64,000 nt of DNA, from contig NIVC01000819.1 in assembly GCA_002269645.1 (NCBI GenBank), positions 62,001 through 126,000 of the forward strand. The letters run 5' to 3'. The notes under the pieces were generated by a model. It saw nothing but the letters and a program-made list of their open reading frames with translations, ran no database searches and was not told the DNA's origin. The translations under genes were made by a program, and so were the position numbers. The stretch comes from Macrostomum lignano (lineage: Eukaryota). Positions 10,776 to 23,363 of the stretch are shown in pieces (the first letter of the stretch is position 1; each line of letters opens with the position of its first letter).

Positions 10776-11453
<678 letters not shown>

Positions 11454-12010
11454 TTAAGTTGGCCGGATTGCTATTGTGAAGTTTCACGGACCCGAGGGCT
11501 GGATGGAGAGACTTCGCGAGCCGCGACTCCTGCTGTAAAGCATACACAGTGCACTGCTGGTTTCTTCTCTATATCAGATATTGCTCTGGCTTTTTCTTGT
11601 CGCGAGAAGATTCCTTAGAGTCTAGTTGTTCTCAGAGCCAGTGAACTAGAAAGCAGATATCGACAGACTCTCTAGTCCAGAGCACCATATGAACAAGCTT
11701 TTGAGAAAATTCCAATGCTGGCAGGGCACCGCATTGGCAGGAAGATGCGACTCTTCGTGGCTTTTCTGTTTTTTTCCCTTTTTCATTGAAGTGAATTTTT
11801 TTCTAAGTTTAGCTGCTCTGCGCTCTTTGAAGACTCGAAATTGAGAGTACGGAATGACCTGGCAACTGATTCCTATGGTACTCTCACAAGCACTGGGCCG
11901 TTTTTGCTTTCTTGTCTTTGCCATTACACAGTGGCCGTACTGAATAGAATTGTGGGACCAGTCAGCAAGATATACAAAAATTCAAGACACATGTATATGC
12001 ATGTCAGTCA

Positions 12011-12350
12011 GGGGGACATAGCCTAGAGGTCTGGCGCGGAGCTCTGATGTGCCAGCGGCCCAGGCTCGATTCCGAGTGCAGTCAAATTCATTTCGGGCTA
12101 AATTGGAATATCGGCTTGGCCCCGCTCGTGCAATTAACGCCCTTGAGGCCCAACCCCCAAGGCGCAGTGAAGTGTACATGCTTAACGATAAATAAAGTTA
12201 GGGCCACTGTACACTCCTGTGTGAGTGTGTGCCTGTGTGTATGACTGCGTACGTATCCGCGCGCTTGTGTGTCTGCTCAGGGGAGTCGGCGGAATGGGCA
12301 GCAATGCCTTTCGCCGGTTGTGCGACAAAGTGGCTTAATAAAGTGCATGT
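12011..12350 (+). mobile_element. tRNA-related SINE family B copy
   Basis: Near-identical to 22505-22864 and to the reverse of 50995-51358. It has a B-box-like GGCTCGATTCC. Confidence 0.75.
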
Positions 12351-12890
12351 TAGACAAGAGTTGGACTTGCGTTTTGCATTTCCTTTCATTGCTGTATTCC
12401 CTTTTCTGCCTCATTCAGTAATGAGGATTTTTAGCAGATTCCAGTCCAGTTGCTATGCTGAAAAGTCCCTGACCGGCTGCATTGCTCAAAGTCCATTAAC
12501 CTGCACGAAAAGAGTAGAGTGAAGTAGTCAGATTTTGCTGCAACAATGGGAGCAGTGGCTATTGTCCCTTTGATTCCGGCATGTAGGATGAGAGCTGGTC
12601 CCTTTCAGGAGACTGCAGAGAGCTGAAAAGTCTCAATGAGGTCTAAAAATGGGTCTCCTAATGGTTCGCGATTGCGCGCACAATAAAAGGTTGAAAAAGT
12701 CGCCAACAATGCGCTGGACTATTGGATACTTTTCGATTCAGTCGACTTTCTATGCGTTATCTGCGTCACAGATGCAAATTTTCACTATACTACTTTTAAC
12801 TGAGTAGTAGTACATGGAATATAGTACATGGAAATTAATCTCGGTGAACAAGAGGCAAAAGCGTATTTGTTGAGTTCACTGCTAGGGTGA

Positions 12891-13140
12891 GGGGACTGTA
12901 GCCTAGTGGTTAGAGCGTCGGACTCGCGACTCAAAGGTCGGGGGATCGATTCTTGGCAATTTTTCCTTGAGCAGATACTTAACTCTCTGCATTGCTTCAG
13001 TTCACTCAGCTGTAAAATGGGTGCCAGCATTAGCTGGGGTAATTGAGGGTGTGTGTGGCGACCCGCCAGTCCTTGGACTGAACAGGACGCAGCCTTTAGA
13101 TGCGCCGCGCAATAGCTGCGGCTGAGCTGTCGGCTGCGGG
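12891..13140 (+). mobile_element. tRNA-derived SINE family A copy with CORE-like central domain
   Basis: A box TAGCCTAGTGG, B-box-like GGATCGATTC, and ...CTTAACTCT...CTTCAGTT...CTGTAAAATGGG resembling the CORE-SINE domain. Other copies lie at 26381-26669, 50008-50310 and ~20362-20462. Confidence 0.8.
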
Positions 13141-13929
13141 TGCGTGGCTGCGGGTCCGATGTCGCTTTGACATGCAGCGCCATGTCCTTCCCCCCGCCCC
13201 ATTTCGAGTCCGTCCGGTTGGGGTTCGGGTGAATTCAGTGAAAGAGTTTCGGACAATGGTTAATAAGTTCAGAGCACTTTGAGGCAGCTGTCGCTATTCA
13301 AAGCAGCGCTTTCAGGAGAGAACAATGGTAGCCGAGGGAAGGAAGTTGCTTTGTAATTCCTGAGCCGCTGAAGCTAGGAAGTTTAAAATCGTGAAAAAAA
13401 TGCCCACCGCATCATTGATCCGTTCTGGGTAGCAGTGGCTCTGGCAGCATCCTTTGACTCTCTTCATTCGATCCCCCCAACTCTTACGTCGGGTAAAAGT
13501 GGGGGTTGGGAGTTTTTGTGTTTTAAAAAATCCCTAGTGAGGGGGGTTGACTGCAAGTTATAAAGTTTAGAAACCATATTCCGGACTGTAATCATGCGAT
13601 TGGGGTCTATTCATTTAGTATCATTCAATGTCAATGTCGAAATAGCGTAAAAAACACTGGAGTAGAACAACACTAACTGTTTGAATTTCATTGGAGTTCG
13701 GTTTTAGTCGCGTAAAAACATTCAACTCGATTGTACGTCCTCTGTTGGAGGCTGTTTTACTAGATTCACGGAATTCGCAAGGACCTCGGGCGCTTTTGAA
13801 GTTATAATTTAAAACTCTAAAAGTTATGGCTATTTATCAGTTTTCTCAAGGTTCTATTGCTGAAAGTCAAAATGGATTAATTGAGTGCTCATTGATTGTT
13901 CATTAAAAAATAAAAAAATTGAACCGACG

Positions 13930-14240
13930 CCTCTGGTGCTGGCGCCTCTTGGTTCTGGCGCCAATAGTGCTGGCGCCTCTTTTGTTTCTGGCGCCTCTGG
14001 TGCTGGCGCCTCTGGTGCTGGCGCCTCTGGTGCTGGCGCCTCTGGTGCTGGCGCCTCTGGTGCTGGCGCCTCTGGTGCTGGCGCCTCTGGTGCTGGCGCC
14101 TCTGGTGCTGGCGCCTCTGGTGCTGGCGCCTCTGGTGCTGGCGCCTCTGGTGCTGGCGCCTCTGGTGCTGGCGCCTCTGGTGCTGGCGCCTCTGGTGCTA
14201 AAGCCTCTGGTGCTAAAGCCCCTGGTGCTAAAGCCCCAGG
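13930..14240. repeat. 15-bp minisatellite (TCTGGTGCTGGCGCC)n
   Basis: About 17 near-perfect tandem units. Confidence 0.95.
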
Positions 14241-14748
14241 TAAAAAAATACTTTTTTTAGAAAAAGTCGATACATACATGTACATGTTTTATAGGAAATA
14301 TATCGTACCTTTATTTGAAAATGATTCACAAAAACTGTGAATAAAGCTCTTTAGTTTTAGTTTAAAAGTGCTTCTACATGTAAATCGAAAGTAATTTTCT
14401 TGACCAAGAAGCTTTTAATCCCTTCAATGCGGCATTAAAGGCTTAAAAAGTTTCCGGCGCCATTAAATCCATTGAAGATTTCATAAAAGCCTCCAAATTC
14501 AGTAATTGCATGGGTCGCAGTCGCGTGGGGGAATTTATTTGCTCGCTTTTAGCGCGCAGGATGCGGCGTAAAAGTGCGTCGTGCAAACCAGGTTGAGTTG
14601 GATTGGTGAACTATTTTCTTTTGTTTTACTCAGACGATCCCCTACGGTATGTCAGCTGTTTTGAGAAGTTAAGCTTGGTTCCGAATATCAGGTTGAATAT
14701 CACTTGGCTCGTACTTCCTGCTTCCGCTTGCTTTATTGACCGTCAGGC

Positions 14749-15499
14749 TCACGGCTTCACCCAGACCCACTGGGCCTCGCTGGCGACCTCGCCGGGCACA
14801 GCGGCGAATCTCATGAGGCGGCACATCCGGCTGGACTGCACGAAGGCGCAGGCGAGGCAGTCCGGGCTGCGATGGCAGGCGGCGGCGCACTCGAAGACTC
14901 CCGTGGCCTCCTGGCTCCAGTAGGTGCTGTTCTCTGGCTGTCCAGGCGCGGTGGTGAGCATCGACTTGGTTGAGGCCACGCGCTTGAAGAGGCCGGTCTC
15001 TGAGCAGCAGCACAAATTGAGAAATGTAGATGGGAATCTTTAGCTAAATGACCAGGAAATTTTTCTTACCGGGGGCATAGAAGTTCTCATAAATGGAGTT
15101 TCTATGGAAGCCGCCGCAAATCTGGCTGCTGTTTCCAACGCAGTCTTTGTCACACTCAGAATCTGATAGAGCGGCTCCGTGCAGTCCGTAGCTGTTGTCG
15201 CAGAAGCAGAAGGCTTCCGCCTGCAGACCGAAGTAGCGAAATCTGCCCAGGGCGCAGAGGCTGCTGCAGCTCTCGATGGTGACGGTGGCCATATTGAAAA
15301 AGTAGGCTAACTCAATCTTATCGGTGAAAGGACCAATGGTCTTCAACCCAGTCAGGCCTTTCAAATCTCTATTGCTGCTGCTGTCAACAAAGCAGCCGAT
15401 GTATCCGTGATGCAGCACACTTGGCTGACTCATCGCCACCAGGAACAGCAGGGCCAGAGGCACGGATAGGAGGACAGTCAGGTGCACGGAGCGCTGCAT
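14749..15499 (-). CDS. Secreted WSC-domain + PAN/apple-like protein (exons 15499-15070 and 14999-14749)
   Basis: Signal peptide and WSC pattern (YIGCF.D...C...C...YFGLQ...CFC...C...C.G...CGG). A 70-bp phase-1 intron (G|GTAAG...CTCAG) joins an exon with CAAAC...C.AC.F...CRL. Confidence 0.82.
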
Positions 15500-15743
15500 G
15501 CTGGCGCACCAGCTGTTACAGTAAGCTGGATGAAGACTGGAGGCTGCTGGAACCCTTTGACTAGATTACAGGCAAGCTGGGATACCTCTCAGACAGATGT
15601 GTATTATATGCGGAATTCGTCACAAAAAACAATGGCATGAATCGATGTGGTGCAGATGAAATTTTATTGGTTGCTGCGATTTGCGGGGCTTAGTGACACT
15701 TTAACTCTCCCGAGGCAGGCTGGCGAGCTGTTAAGACTGGTTA

Positions 15744-15757
15744 GTTTCCATGGTAAC
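15744..15757. promoter_or_regulatory. Candidate RFX X-box GTTTCCATGGTAAC
   Basis: Matches the X-box consensus and lies ~245 bp upstream of the WSC gene ATG. A single motif could be chance. Confidence 0.35.
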
Positions 15758-17149
15758 CAGCAAGGCACAACCGGCTTAGCTTCCACGGCTGACACGGCTA
15801 TAGTGGCTCGAAATTTCCAGAATCTGCGGATCGCCTTCAGGAAGCTGAAGCGCGCGCGAAAAACAGCGAAGTTCTCTGCATGACTGCTGTGACTCCGAGC
15901 AACACGGGGCGGTCAGTTTTAAGCTGTACGAAACCAAGTGAAGCTACGGATGTTGAGTTCCAGCAGGCCCCCTACAGAGAGCGGCTCGGCCATTGCCTTG
16001 AGAGCCATAAAAATACCAACTGTCTTAACCGAAACTGCCTGCTCTCTCAGCAACGTCCGAATTTCGAATAGAATGATATACAGAAACCACTATTATCCAG
16101 GCCCAGCCAACTGACCTTTGTGGCTCAACTCGCTAAGCAGACATTTTCTTTAGAAATCTCCAGAAAAAGATGTTGCTATTGGACAGGTTGGACAGGAATT
16201 TTCTTGTGGCTTGCCAGAATACACAGTTTCACACTATCTACTCGGTCGTCTTGACAACAAAAACTGTTTACAGCTGTTGACTTAAAGCTTGGGGGGAGGG
16301 GCAGGTGAATTTTTACTCCATCGGTTGTTTGCAAACTTAATGGAAGCAGCCGATGAATGCTTGTATTGAAGCAGGGAGATGGGGAGGGGCGGGCACACTA
16401 AGAGAGAGATGAATAGCGAGACTCAGGAAACTGAGACAACTGCCAGATACAATGAGACAGCCCGGTGCGGTGGTCCAGGAAGTCAAAGTTGTGGCTAACA
16501 ATAGGGGGGGGGGTTGGCTTGATCGGCAGCGAGTGTGGCGCAACTGGGAGCTCAGTTGAGGAAGGAAGAGTTCGATGTGAGCGCATTCGGGATGCTGGAT
16601 TCATTCAGCGCATTGCCATTGTGTTGAATGGATTGACTGGTCAAGATTGACAGCTGTGAGCTGTAGACAAACGATTGTCGTAAAAATAGCATCTTTGATG
16701 ATGCAAGCGAGAGCTGGGGCTGGCTGGCAGACCACGCTTTTCATTTTAGCAAATGCTGATTCTGTCAAACGAGCGTCTCTGACAAAAAAAGTAGTTATAT
16801 TTTAGTGTAACGATTCCTCCTCAAGTTGAGACCGCTGTCTGCTGGTTTTATTTTTTTCGTACAAGCTACGGAGACGGGGGGAGCTCTGCCTGAAGTTGTT
16901 TTACTTAGCAAGTACAGCGCACGACTTCTGAGCTCGGGTGGGGGCGGGGTGGCAACGGCAGGCAAAGAAAATTATGGAAATCACATCCGGCCACGAAAAT
17001 TCTCTTCTAACAAAATGCTTTTCTTTTTTCCTTGAGATTTTTCAAAAGAAATTACAAAGAAAAATGTATAAAAAAGCTTGGAAGTGGGAGAATAAATAAA
17101 GCAAAACATCAGGCAGCGGCGAGCCAATCGATCAAATGTTCAGCTCCTC

Positions 17150-18392
17150 TCATTCCTCATCACCCTCCTCCACAAACTCGAACTCGCCCTCTTCGCCCTC
17201 GCCCTCGCCTTGGTCCTTGGCCTTCTTCTTTGGCCCCTCCTGCCGCGGCACGTCCTCCATCATCTGGCGCTGGGTGCCGGTCACCGAGTTCACAAAGATG
17301 CCGTCGCCGTTCTTCAAGCCGAGGTACTTCGGCGTCGAGTTGAAGCTGATCATAGCGCAGGGCGTCTTGTTGAGCTCGCCGTAGATGTTGCCGACGTCCA
17401 TGAGGCCGTAGAAGCCGTCCCGGCAGAAAATGATGTTGGGGTTGCTCTCCAGTCCCATTCTGGACAGGAATGCGTTCAAGGCCATCTTGATTGGCGCTAG
17501 GCGCAGCATTTTGAAGCGCAGTTTCAGAGTCCATTTGTGCACCTGATCCTCCGCGTACATGTTCACGTCCGGCGCGTTCTTCTTCTCCTCGACTACCGTG
17601 CTCTCCCAGTTGCGCTTCTGCACTCGGAAGTAAAGGAACACCCAGTCGTCAAGGCTCTGCTTCACTATCTCTCGGGACATCGCTCGCCGAGAGCACTGCT
17701 CGGCGTTGCTGACGTTCGTGTCGAGCCATTCAAAGCCCTGCTGCTGCTGCAAAATCTCCTCTATCGGCATGTCCGGATAGTCTTCGGTGAACAGAGCGTC
17801 CGGAGGCTGGGGCACGATCAGACTGCGCAGAGCGATGCCCTGCGGAATCTTGAGGTGCTCTGCGGGTTTGGGGGATCGTTTCGGGGCTTCTGGGAAACCA
17901 GTCTGAAGAGGAGGGCGACTCTGTCTCAGTTCCTGGGTTTTCTTCAATTGTAAGCTAGTAAGCTGAATGTAAGGCCAGCTTACCAACCACGCGCAGGTCA
18001 ATGTGGTCCTGCTCCATCCGGGTCTGATTGTAATTAAACACTACAGGCTCTTCCTGCTTCTGCTGCTCAAGTTGCTGCAACTGCTGTGGCGGCAGCGCCA
18101 GGAAGCGCGTCGGTCCAACCTGAGCGTTCTGGTTGGTGTTGCGCGGGTCGGCGAAGGTCCCGGCCGAGTAGGCGTCGAACAACTTCTGCATGGCGGCCGG
18201 GTCCCGCCTGGTCAGGTGGCGCTCAATGCGGTGCAGACTGCGGTGCACCTGGTCGCGGACCACAGTCTCCAGGATCGGCGACATCGCCTGCTCCAGGTGG
18301 CCGAGGACAGCCGAGGACAGGCCGGACAGATCGAAGCCTTCGGCCAGGCCGGCCGGGCCGCTGTCGGATCCGCTGGGTGACGAAGTTGCCAT
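17150..18392 (-). CDS. Host protein with C-terminal divergent SUMO/Rad60-like ubiquitin-fold domain (probable intron 17983-17890)
   Basis: KLRFKM...PIKMALNAFLSRMGL...IIFCRDG...TPKYLGLKNGDGIFV parallels the SUMO pattern. The G|GTAAG donor and TTTCCCAG acceptor are phase-compatible. Confidence 0.55.
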
Positions 18393-19079
18393 GCCGCGCG
18401 CGGGGTCTTTTGAGCAGCCAAAGGTGTGGTGCTTCCAATAAAGTGAGTAGTTATAAATTTGAGCTGAACAACTGAGAGCCTTATTTGATTAGAGTGAGCC
18501 AGCTGTGAATGCAGTAGGATGAACTAATGCGGTTCCCAGCGCGCAAATAATCTCAATTCAGTTTTGTCTACGGCCGAACCTGTGCCGAATTTTTCGGAAC
18601 GCAAAAGTGAGACTTGCTTCTCAAGCAAGAAGAAATTATGGTAATGTACTTATTATCAGAAAAGACAATTGAAAAATTCGAAACGTTTAACAAAGATGTC
18701 TGAGTTGATTTTAGGATAGATAAATAAGCACTCATGGTATAAATTTGACAAGAAGTATATTTTCGCAAAAATGCAATGCTAACAAACAAATAATGTCAAT
18801 GATGATGCGTCAGAAGTCATGGCCTAGCGTAACAAGTCTAAAAGTGTTTAAGAAATTAAGTACAGCAGTAGTGTGAAACTATCGCACTTTTTGCATAAAA
18901 GTACTCAAAACTATTGACGAAGAAACTCTTTTAATAAGAAAACTTATTCACAACCAAAATTAATTCGAAACTTTTCATCACTTTAGAAAGCTTCCTATCA
19001 ATAGGAGAAAACAAAAATACAACGCCCGCCCCAAAAGGCACAAAAACCTCAGCAAGCCAGCTCCCGAAAAATGTTGACA

Positions 19080-19420
19080 GAGGCACCGATGTGAATGGTA
19101 GGGGCGCCATAGTGGATTATAGAGGCGCCGATGTGGATTCTAGAGGCGCCGATGTGGATTCTAGAGGCGCCGATGTGGGTGCTAGGGGCACCGATGTGAT
19201 GTGGGTGCTAGGGGCACCGATGTGATGTGGGTGCTAGGGGCACCGATGTGATGTGGGTGCTAGCGGCGCCGATTTGGATGCTAGCGGCGCCGATGTGGAT
19301 GCTAGCGGCGCCGATGTGGATGCTAGAGGCGCTGATGTGGGTGCTAGGGGCACCAATGTGTGTGCTAGGGTCGCCGATGTAGATTCTAGAGGCGCCGATG
19401 TGGATGCTAGGGGCGCCGCC
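19080..19420. repeat. ~21-bp minisatellite (GATGTGGATGCTAGCGGCGCC)n
   Basis: Tandem degenerate units. Confidence 0.9.
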
Positions 19421-19613
19421 CACTTGTTTTCTTGAGGTTCCAAACTAATTATAATTCTGAAGTGCATTGGAGCAACTAATTAGAAACACCCGATGGCTAA
19501 AGTAAATTTTGACTTTTTGAAAAAAATATGAATGACTCCTAGAAGCTGCAGCGAACAGCTCGATGTGTCCAACAAAAGCCAAGTTCACCGTGTCCTTAGA
19601 CTTCGAAGATGTC

Positions 19614-22270
19614 TCAAGGCGACGCCAGAAGGAATTCGTGCCGCAGCAGCTCCTGGGCGGTGGGGCGGCTCGCCGGCTCGCGCCGCAGGCAGGTCGCGTA
19701 GAACTCGGCCGCCGGTTCGGAGAAGCCCTGCGGCAGAGCCGGAGGCTCCGGCGAGCCGCGACCGATGGCGAACACGGCGGCCAGGGGCGGCATGTCCGAG
19801 TAGGGCGGCAGCGTGGTGGCCATCTCGAGCAGCGTGCAGCCGATGGCCCAGCAGTCCGACTTCAGCTGCTGACCGTCGCCGTCTCTGGCAGCCGCGGTTG
19901 CAGCGCCGCCGCCGAACGCAAGCACGAGCTCCGGGGCCAACCAGTAGGGCGTGCCGTTCAGCGAGGCCGCGTCCAACGAGGCGGCGGCTGCCAGAGCCGG
20001 GGGTTGATCACCGCCCCCACTGCCGCCGCCAAGGTGTTGGTGCAGCCGGCGGGAGCAGCCGAAGTCGATCAGTTTGACAACTCCCGCGTCCGACACCATG
20101 ATGTTGTGGCCCTGCGGGTGTGCTGGGAGCTGTAAATCAGGGCGACAGTCAGCCCGCAGCCAGCGAGGAGGCATCAGTCAGACCCATTCCGCTGACCCCC
20201 TGAGCACTACTCAATTCTCAGACTGCCAAAATCTTCCAAGGATGCAACAATATGCTACTGAAATGTCATAACAGTTTAAATAGTACTATACGAGTATGAC
20301 AAATTTGGGTTTTTTCAGTAATCTTCGGTTAGCTTGATTTTGCTATTAGTAACCTACCTATTAATAGGCAGTTGTGAAATCCACAGCTCAGCCGCAGCCA
20401 TTGCGCGGCGTATCTGAAGGCTGCGAACGGCTGTTCAGTCCAAGGACTGGGAGGTCGCCAAGTTGCTAAGCACTAGGCGACAAATCTCAATTTGTTTATA
20501 AAATAAATTGAGAATTCTGCTTAACACTTTTCTATGATTAGTTTAAATGACACATTTGTAACTCGAAGAAAGACCCGGATCTTCTTACCTTGATGTCTCC
20601 GTGCAGGATGCCGTTCTGGTGCAGGAAGGCCAGCCCGCTGACTGCCTGGCCCAGGTAGCCGCGGCACTGCCGCTCGGTCAGGGCGCCGAAGCGGTCCAGC
20701 AGACTGCGGATGCTGCCGCCAGGCACCAGCTCCATGGCGATGTGAAATTCTCCGTCAGACTCTCGGGTGCCGAACAACTGTACGATGTTCGGGTGGCTCA
20801 TGCAGCTCAGGATGTCCACTTCTCGCCGGATTCGGCGGAGCTCGGCTGCGCAGTCGACAAAGACTCGTTTGACAGCGATGATGCGACCGCAGTCGGTGAG
20901 GCCCTGGTGTACGCTGCCGTAGCTGCCGCGGCCCAGCAGGGGACCCTGGCGCCACTGCAGCAGTGAGTCGCTGCTGGCCAGGTCTTTGTTGCTACTGTCG
21001 CTTGATGGTTTGAGGTCTCTGTTGCTACTGTCGCCTGATGGTTTGAGGTCTTTGTTGTTACTTTCGCCTGATGGTTTGAGGTCTTTGTTGCTGCTTTCGC
21101 CTGATGGTTTGAGGTCTTTGTTGCTGCTTTCGTCTGATGGTTTGAGGTCCTTGTTGTGACTTTCGTATGATGGTTTGAGGTCTTTGTTGCTGCTTGCGCC
21201 TGATGGTTTGAAGTCTTTGTTGTGACTTTCGTATGATGATTTGAGGTCTTTGTTGCTGCTTTCGTCTGATGGTTTGAGGTGCTTGTTGTGACTTTCGTAT
21301 GATGGTTTGAGGTCTTTGTTGCTGCTTGCGCCTGATGGTTTGAAGTCTTTGTTGTGACTTTCGTGTGATGATTTGAGGTCTTTGTTGTTGCTTTCGTTTG
21401 ATGATTGGAGGTCTTTGTTGCTAGTGGCGTTTTGCGCAATCAACCTATTTAAGGAAATCACACGTGTTGAGTGTCGATCAGCTACTCTAATAATTCCAAA
21501 GCAGTTTAAATCTTCGAGAGTTACGTTGAAACAGACAGAAAAGTCGCAACAAATCTGTGCCTGACAAAAAATGCTAGGATAACCGATAAAAGTAATATAG
21601 TGGTGATTCTTTCGTGGACGCTTGCCTCTATTTGCTCGCTAATGGAGGCAGAGAGGATTTTACATAAAAGTTTAAATTACAGAGGATATTTACCATTCAG
21701 GCATATTCACCTTTCAACTCCCGTTGCCACAGCGTTGCTACCCAGCAGAGCCGAACTCGACTCTGGACTCGGCGCAATTTTTGACTTCTCCGCCGGCTTT
21801 TTCAGTGGCGATTTTGTCGCTCCGTTTTTGCGCCTCTTCTGCAGAAAGTCTTTCACGGCGGCTCGGTGCTCTGCCGCTTGCTGCGTGGCTGCCGTGTCTG
21901 GGTGTCCCGCGACGGGACCACAGCGAGGCAGCTTCTTGGGGCCGGAGATGGCGGCGGGCATCGAGGTTGCGGCGGAGGTGGAGGCGGAGGCGGGGTGCTC
22001 GCTTGATGATGACGCAATTTCTCCAGCAGTAGCAGGCGAGTCGGATGGCAACTGTAGAGTAAGTGACATGGCGGGTCGGTCGGATGGCAACTGTAGAAAA
22101 AGTGACATGGCGGGTCGGATGGCAACTGTAGGAAAAGTGACATGGCGGGTAGGATGGCAACTGTGGGATAAGTGACATGGTGGGTCGGATGGCAACTGTA
22201 GGATAAGTGACATGTTGGAGCTGGGACATTCATTTTTGTCGTTTAGAGTTTGCAGAGTGCCATTTTCCAA
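19614..22270 (-). CDS. MAP3K19/YSK4-like STE-family Ser/Thr kinase (exons ~22280-21711, 21444-20589, 20111-19614; 5' end incomplete)
   Basis: LGRGSYGSV, IAVK, MELVPGGSI, HGDIK|GHNIM, KLIDFGCSRRL, GTPYWLAPE and KSDCWAIGCT. Both introns are GT-AG and phase-matched. Confidence 0.85.
20990..21420. repeat. 33-bp coding tandem repeat (SNKDLKPSGES) upstream of the kinase domain
   Basis: About 12 units, in frame with the kinase exon. Confidence 0.9.
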
Positions 22271-22504
22271 CGAGATTTTTCCTCAGAAACAAAAGTTTAT
22301 GCATTCTTAAAACCAGCGCAATGATATCTTTTGTTAAGTCTATTAAGTTATAGCCTGCATTCCTAGGTACGACTTTCAGCTGAATTTCATGCAAACAATG
22401 GTTATTTTATTACAAGTGGGAACAGTTGATTTTAGCTTCACGTCAGAAAATTGGGGCATTGCTGGCAAAAAATACCAGTTGGCAAATTTCACAGGCCAAG
22501 TTTC

Positions 22505-22864
22505 GGGGCTGTAGCTCCAGGTCCAGCGCAATGCTCTGATGTGCCAGCGGCCCAGGCTCGATTCCAAGTGCAGTCACATTAATTTGGGGCTAAATTGGAT
22601 TCTCGGCTTGGCTCTGCTCGTGCAATTAACGCCCTTGAGGGCCAACCCCGAGGCACAGTGAAGTGTACATGCCTAACGAGAAATAAAGTTACGGTCGCTG
22701 TACACTCCTGTGTGAGTGTGTGCCTGTGTGTATGACTGCGTACGTATCCGCGCGCTTGTGTGCCTGCTCAGGGGAGTCAAAGGAATCGGCAGTAATGCCT
22801 CTCGCCGGTTGCGTGACAATGTCGCTTAAAGTGCGCTAGGGTGCACACAGTCCCTTGCCTCTAA
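22505..22864 (+). mobile_element. SINE family B copy whose tail is the insertion target of Polinton copy B
   Basis: The intact copy at ~51000 ends ...GCCTCTAATAA. Here GCCTCTAA is followed by the Polinton, and CTCTAATAA resumes at 41868. Confidence 0.8.
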
Positions 22865-23348
22865 AGTAGAAGGCATGAGGGGGCTTCTGGGACAAAATTT
22901 TTCACGTCCTCCATAATCCACCTAAATCCATCCATATTATCCCCGACAGAATCAGAAAAAAAGGGGGGTCGCACTCGCTCACAAAACGTCCTCCATAATC
23001 CCATTAAATCTATCCATATTATCCCTGACAGAATCAGAGCAGGTGTCCACTGATACCTGTTATGTTCACTGACACTGACATCCACCCATAACATTTCTAA
23101 AACAATCAGAAAATAATCTGCATTCTTCTCCCCATGGGGCCCACATTCAATCCGCAACGTGCTACCACATCCCTAAGACTTTAAATCATCAGCGCAGGGT
23201 CCTCACCCTTTGAAAAAATCTAAATTCTCAATAAAAATGTTTCCAGTTGTCTCTCCAGGTTCTTATTACAAAACGCACGAGCCTAATTACAAATCCAAGT
23301 ACCGATGCAAACTTGAATGCAGCGAGTACATGAGAAAATATTGGCCCG
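22865..23348 (+). repeat. Left TIR of copy B
   Basis: Reverse complement of 41384-41867. Confidence 0.95.
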
Positions 23349-23363
23349 GCATGGATATCAATG

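Noticed and set aside
12891-12965. tRNA gene
   Set aside because: A and B boxes are present, but the sequence continues into a repeated ~250-bp body with several diverged copies, so it is a SINE head. The same holds at 26600-26669.
13854-14340. APE/GAS/LAPLV repeat proteins
   Set aside because: All frames are open only because of a 15-bp minisatellite; there is no splice or start support.
22861-23157. 98-106-aa ORFs antisense in the TIRs (also 41575-41895)
   Set aside because: The frame is not conserved in copy A's TIR and it overlaps subrepeats; it is present twice only because the TIRs are duplicated.
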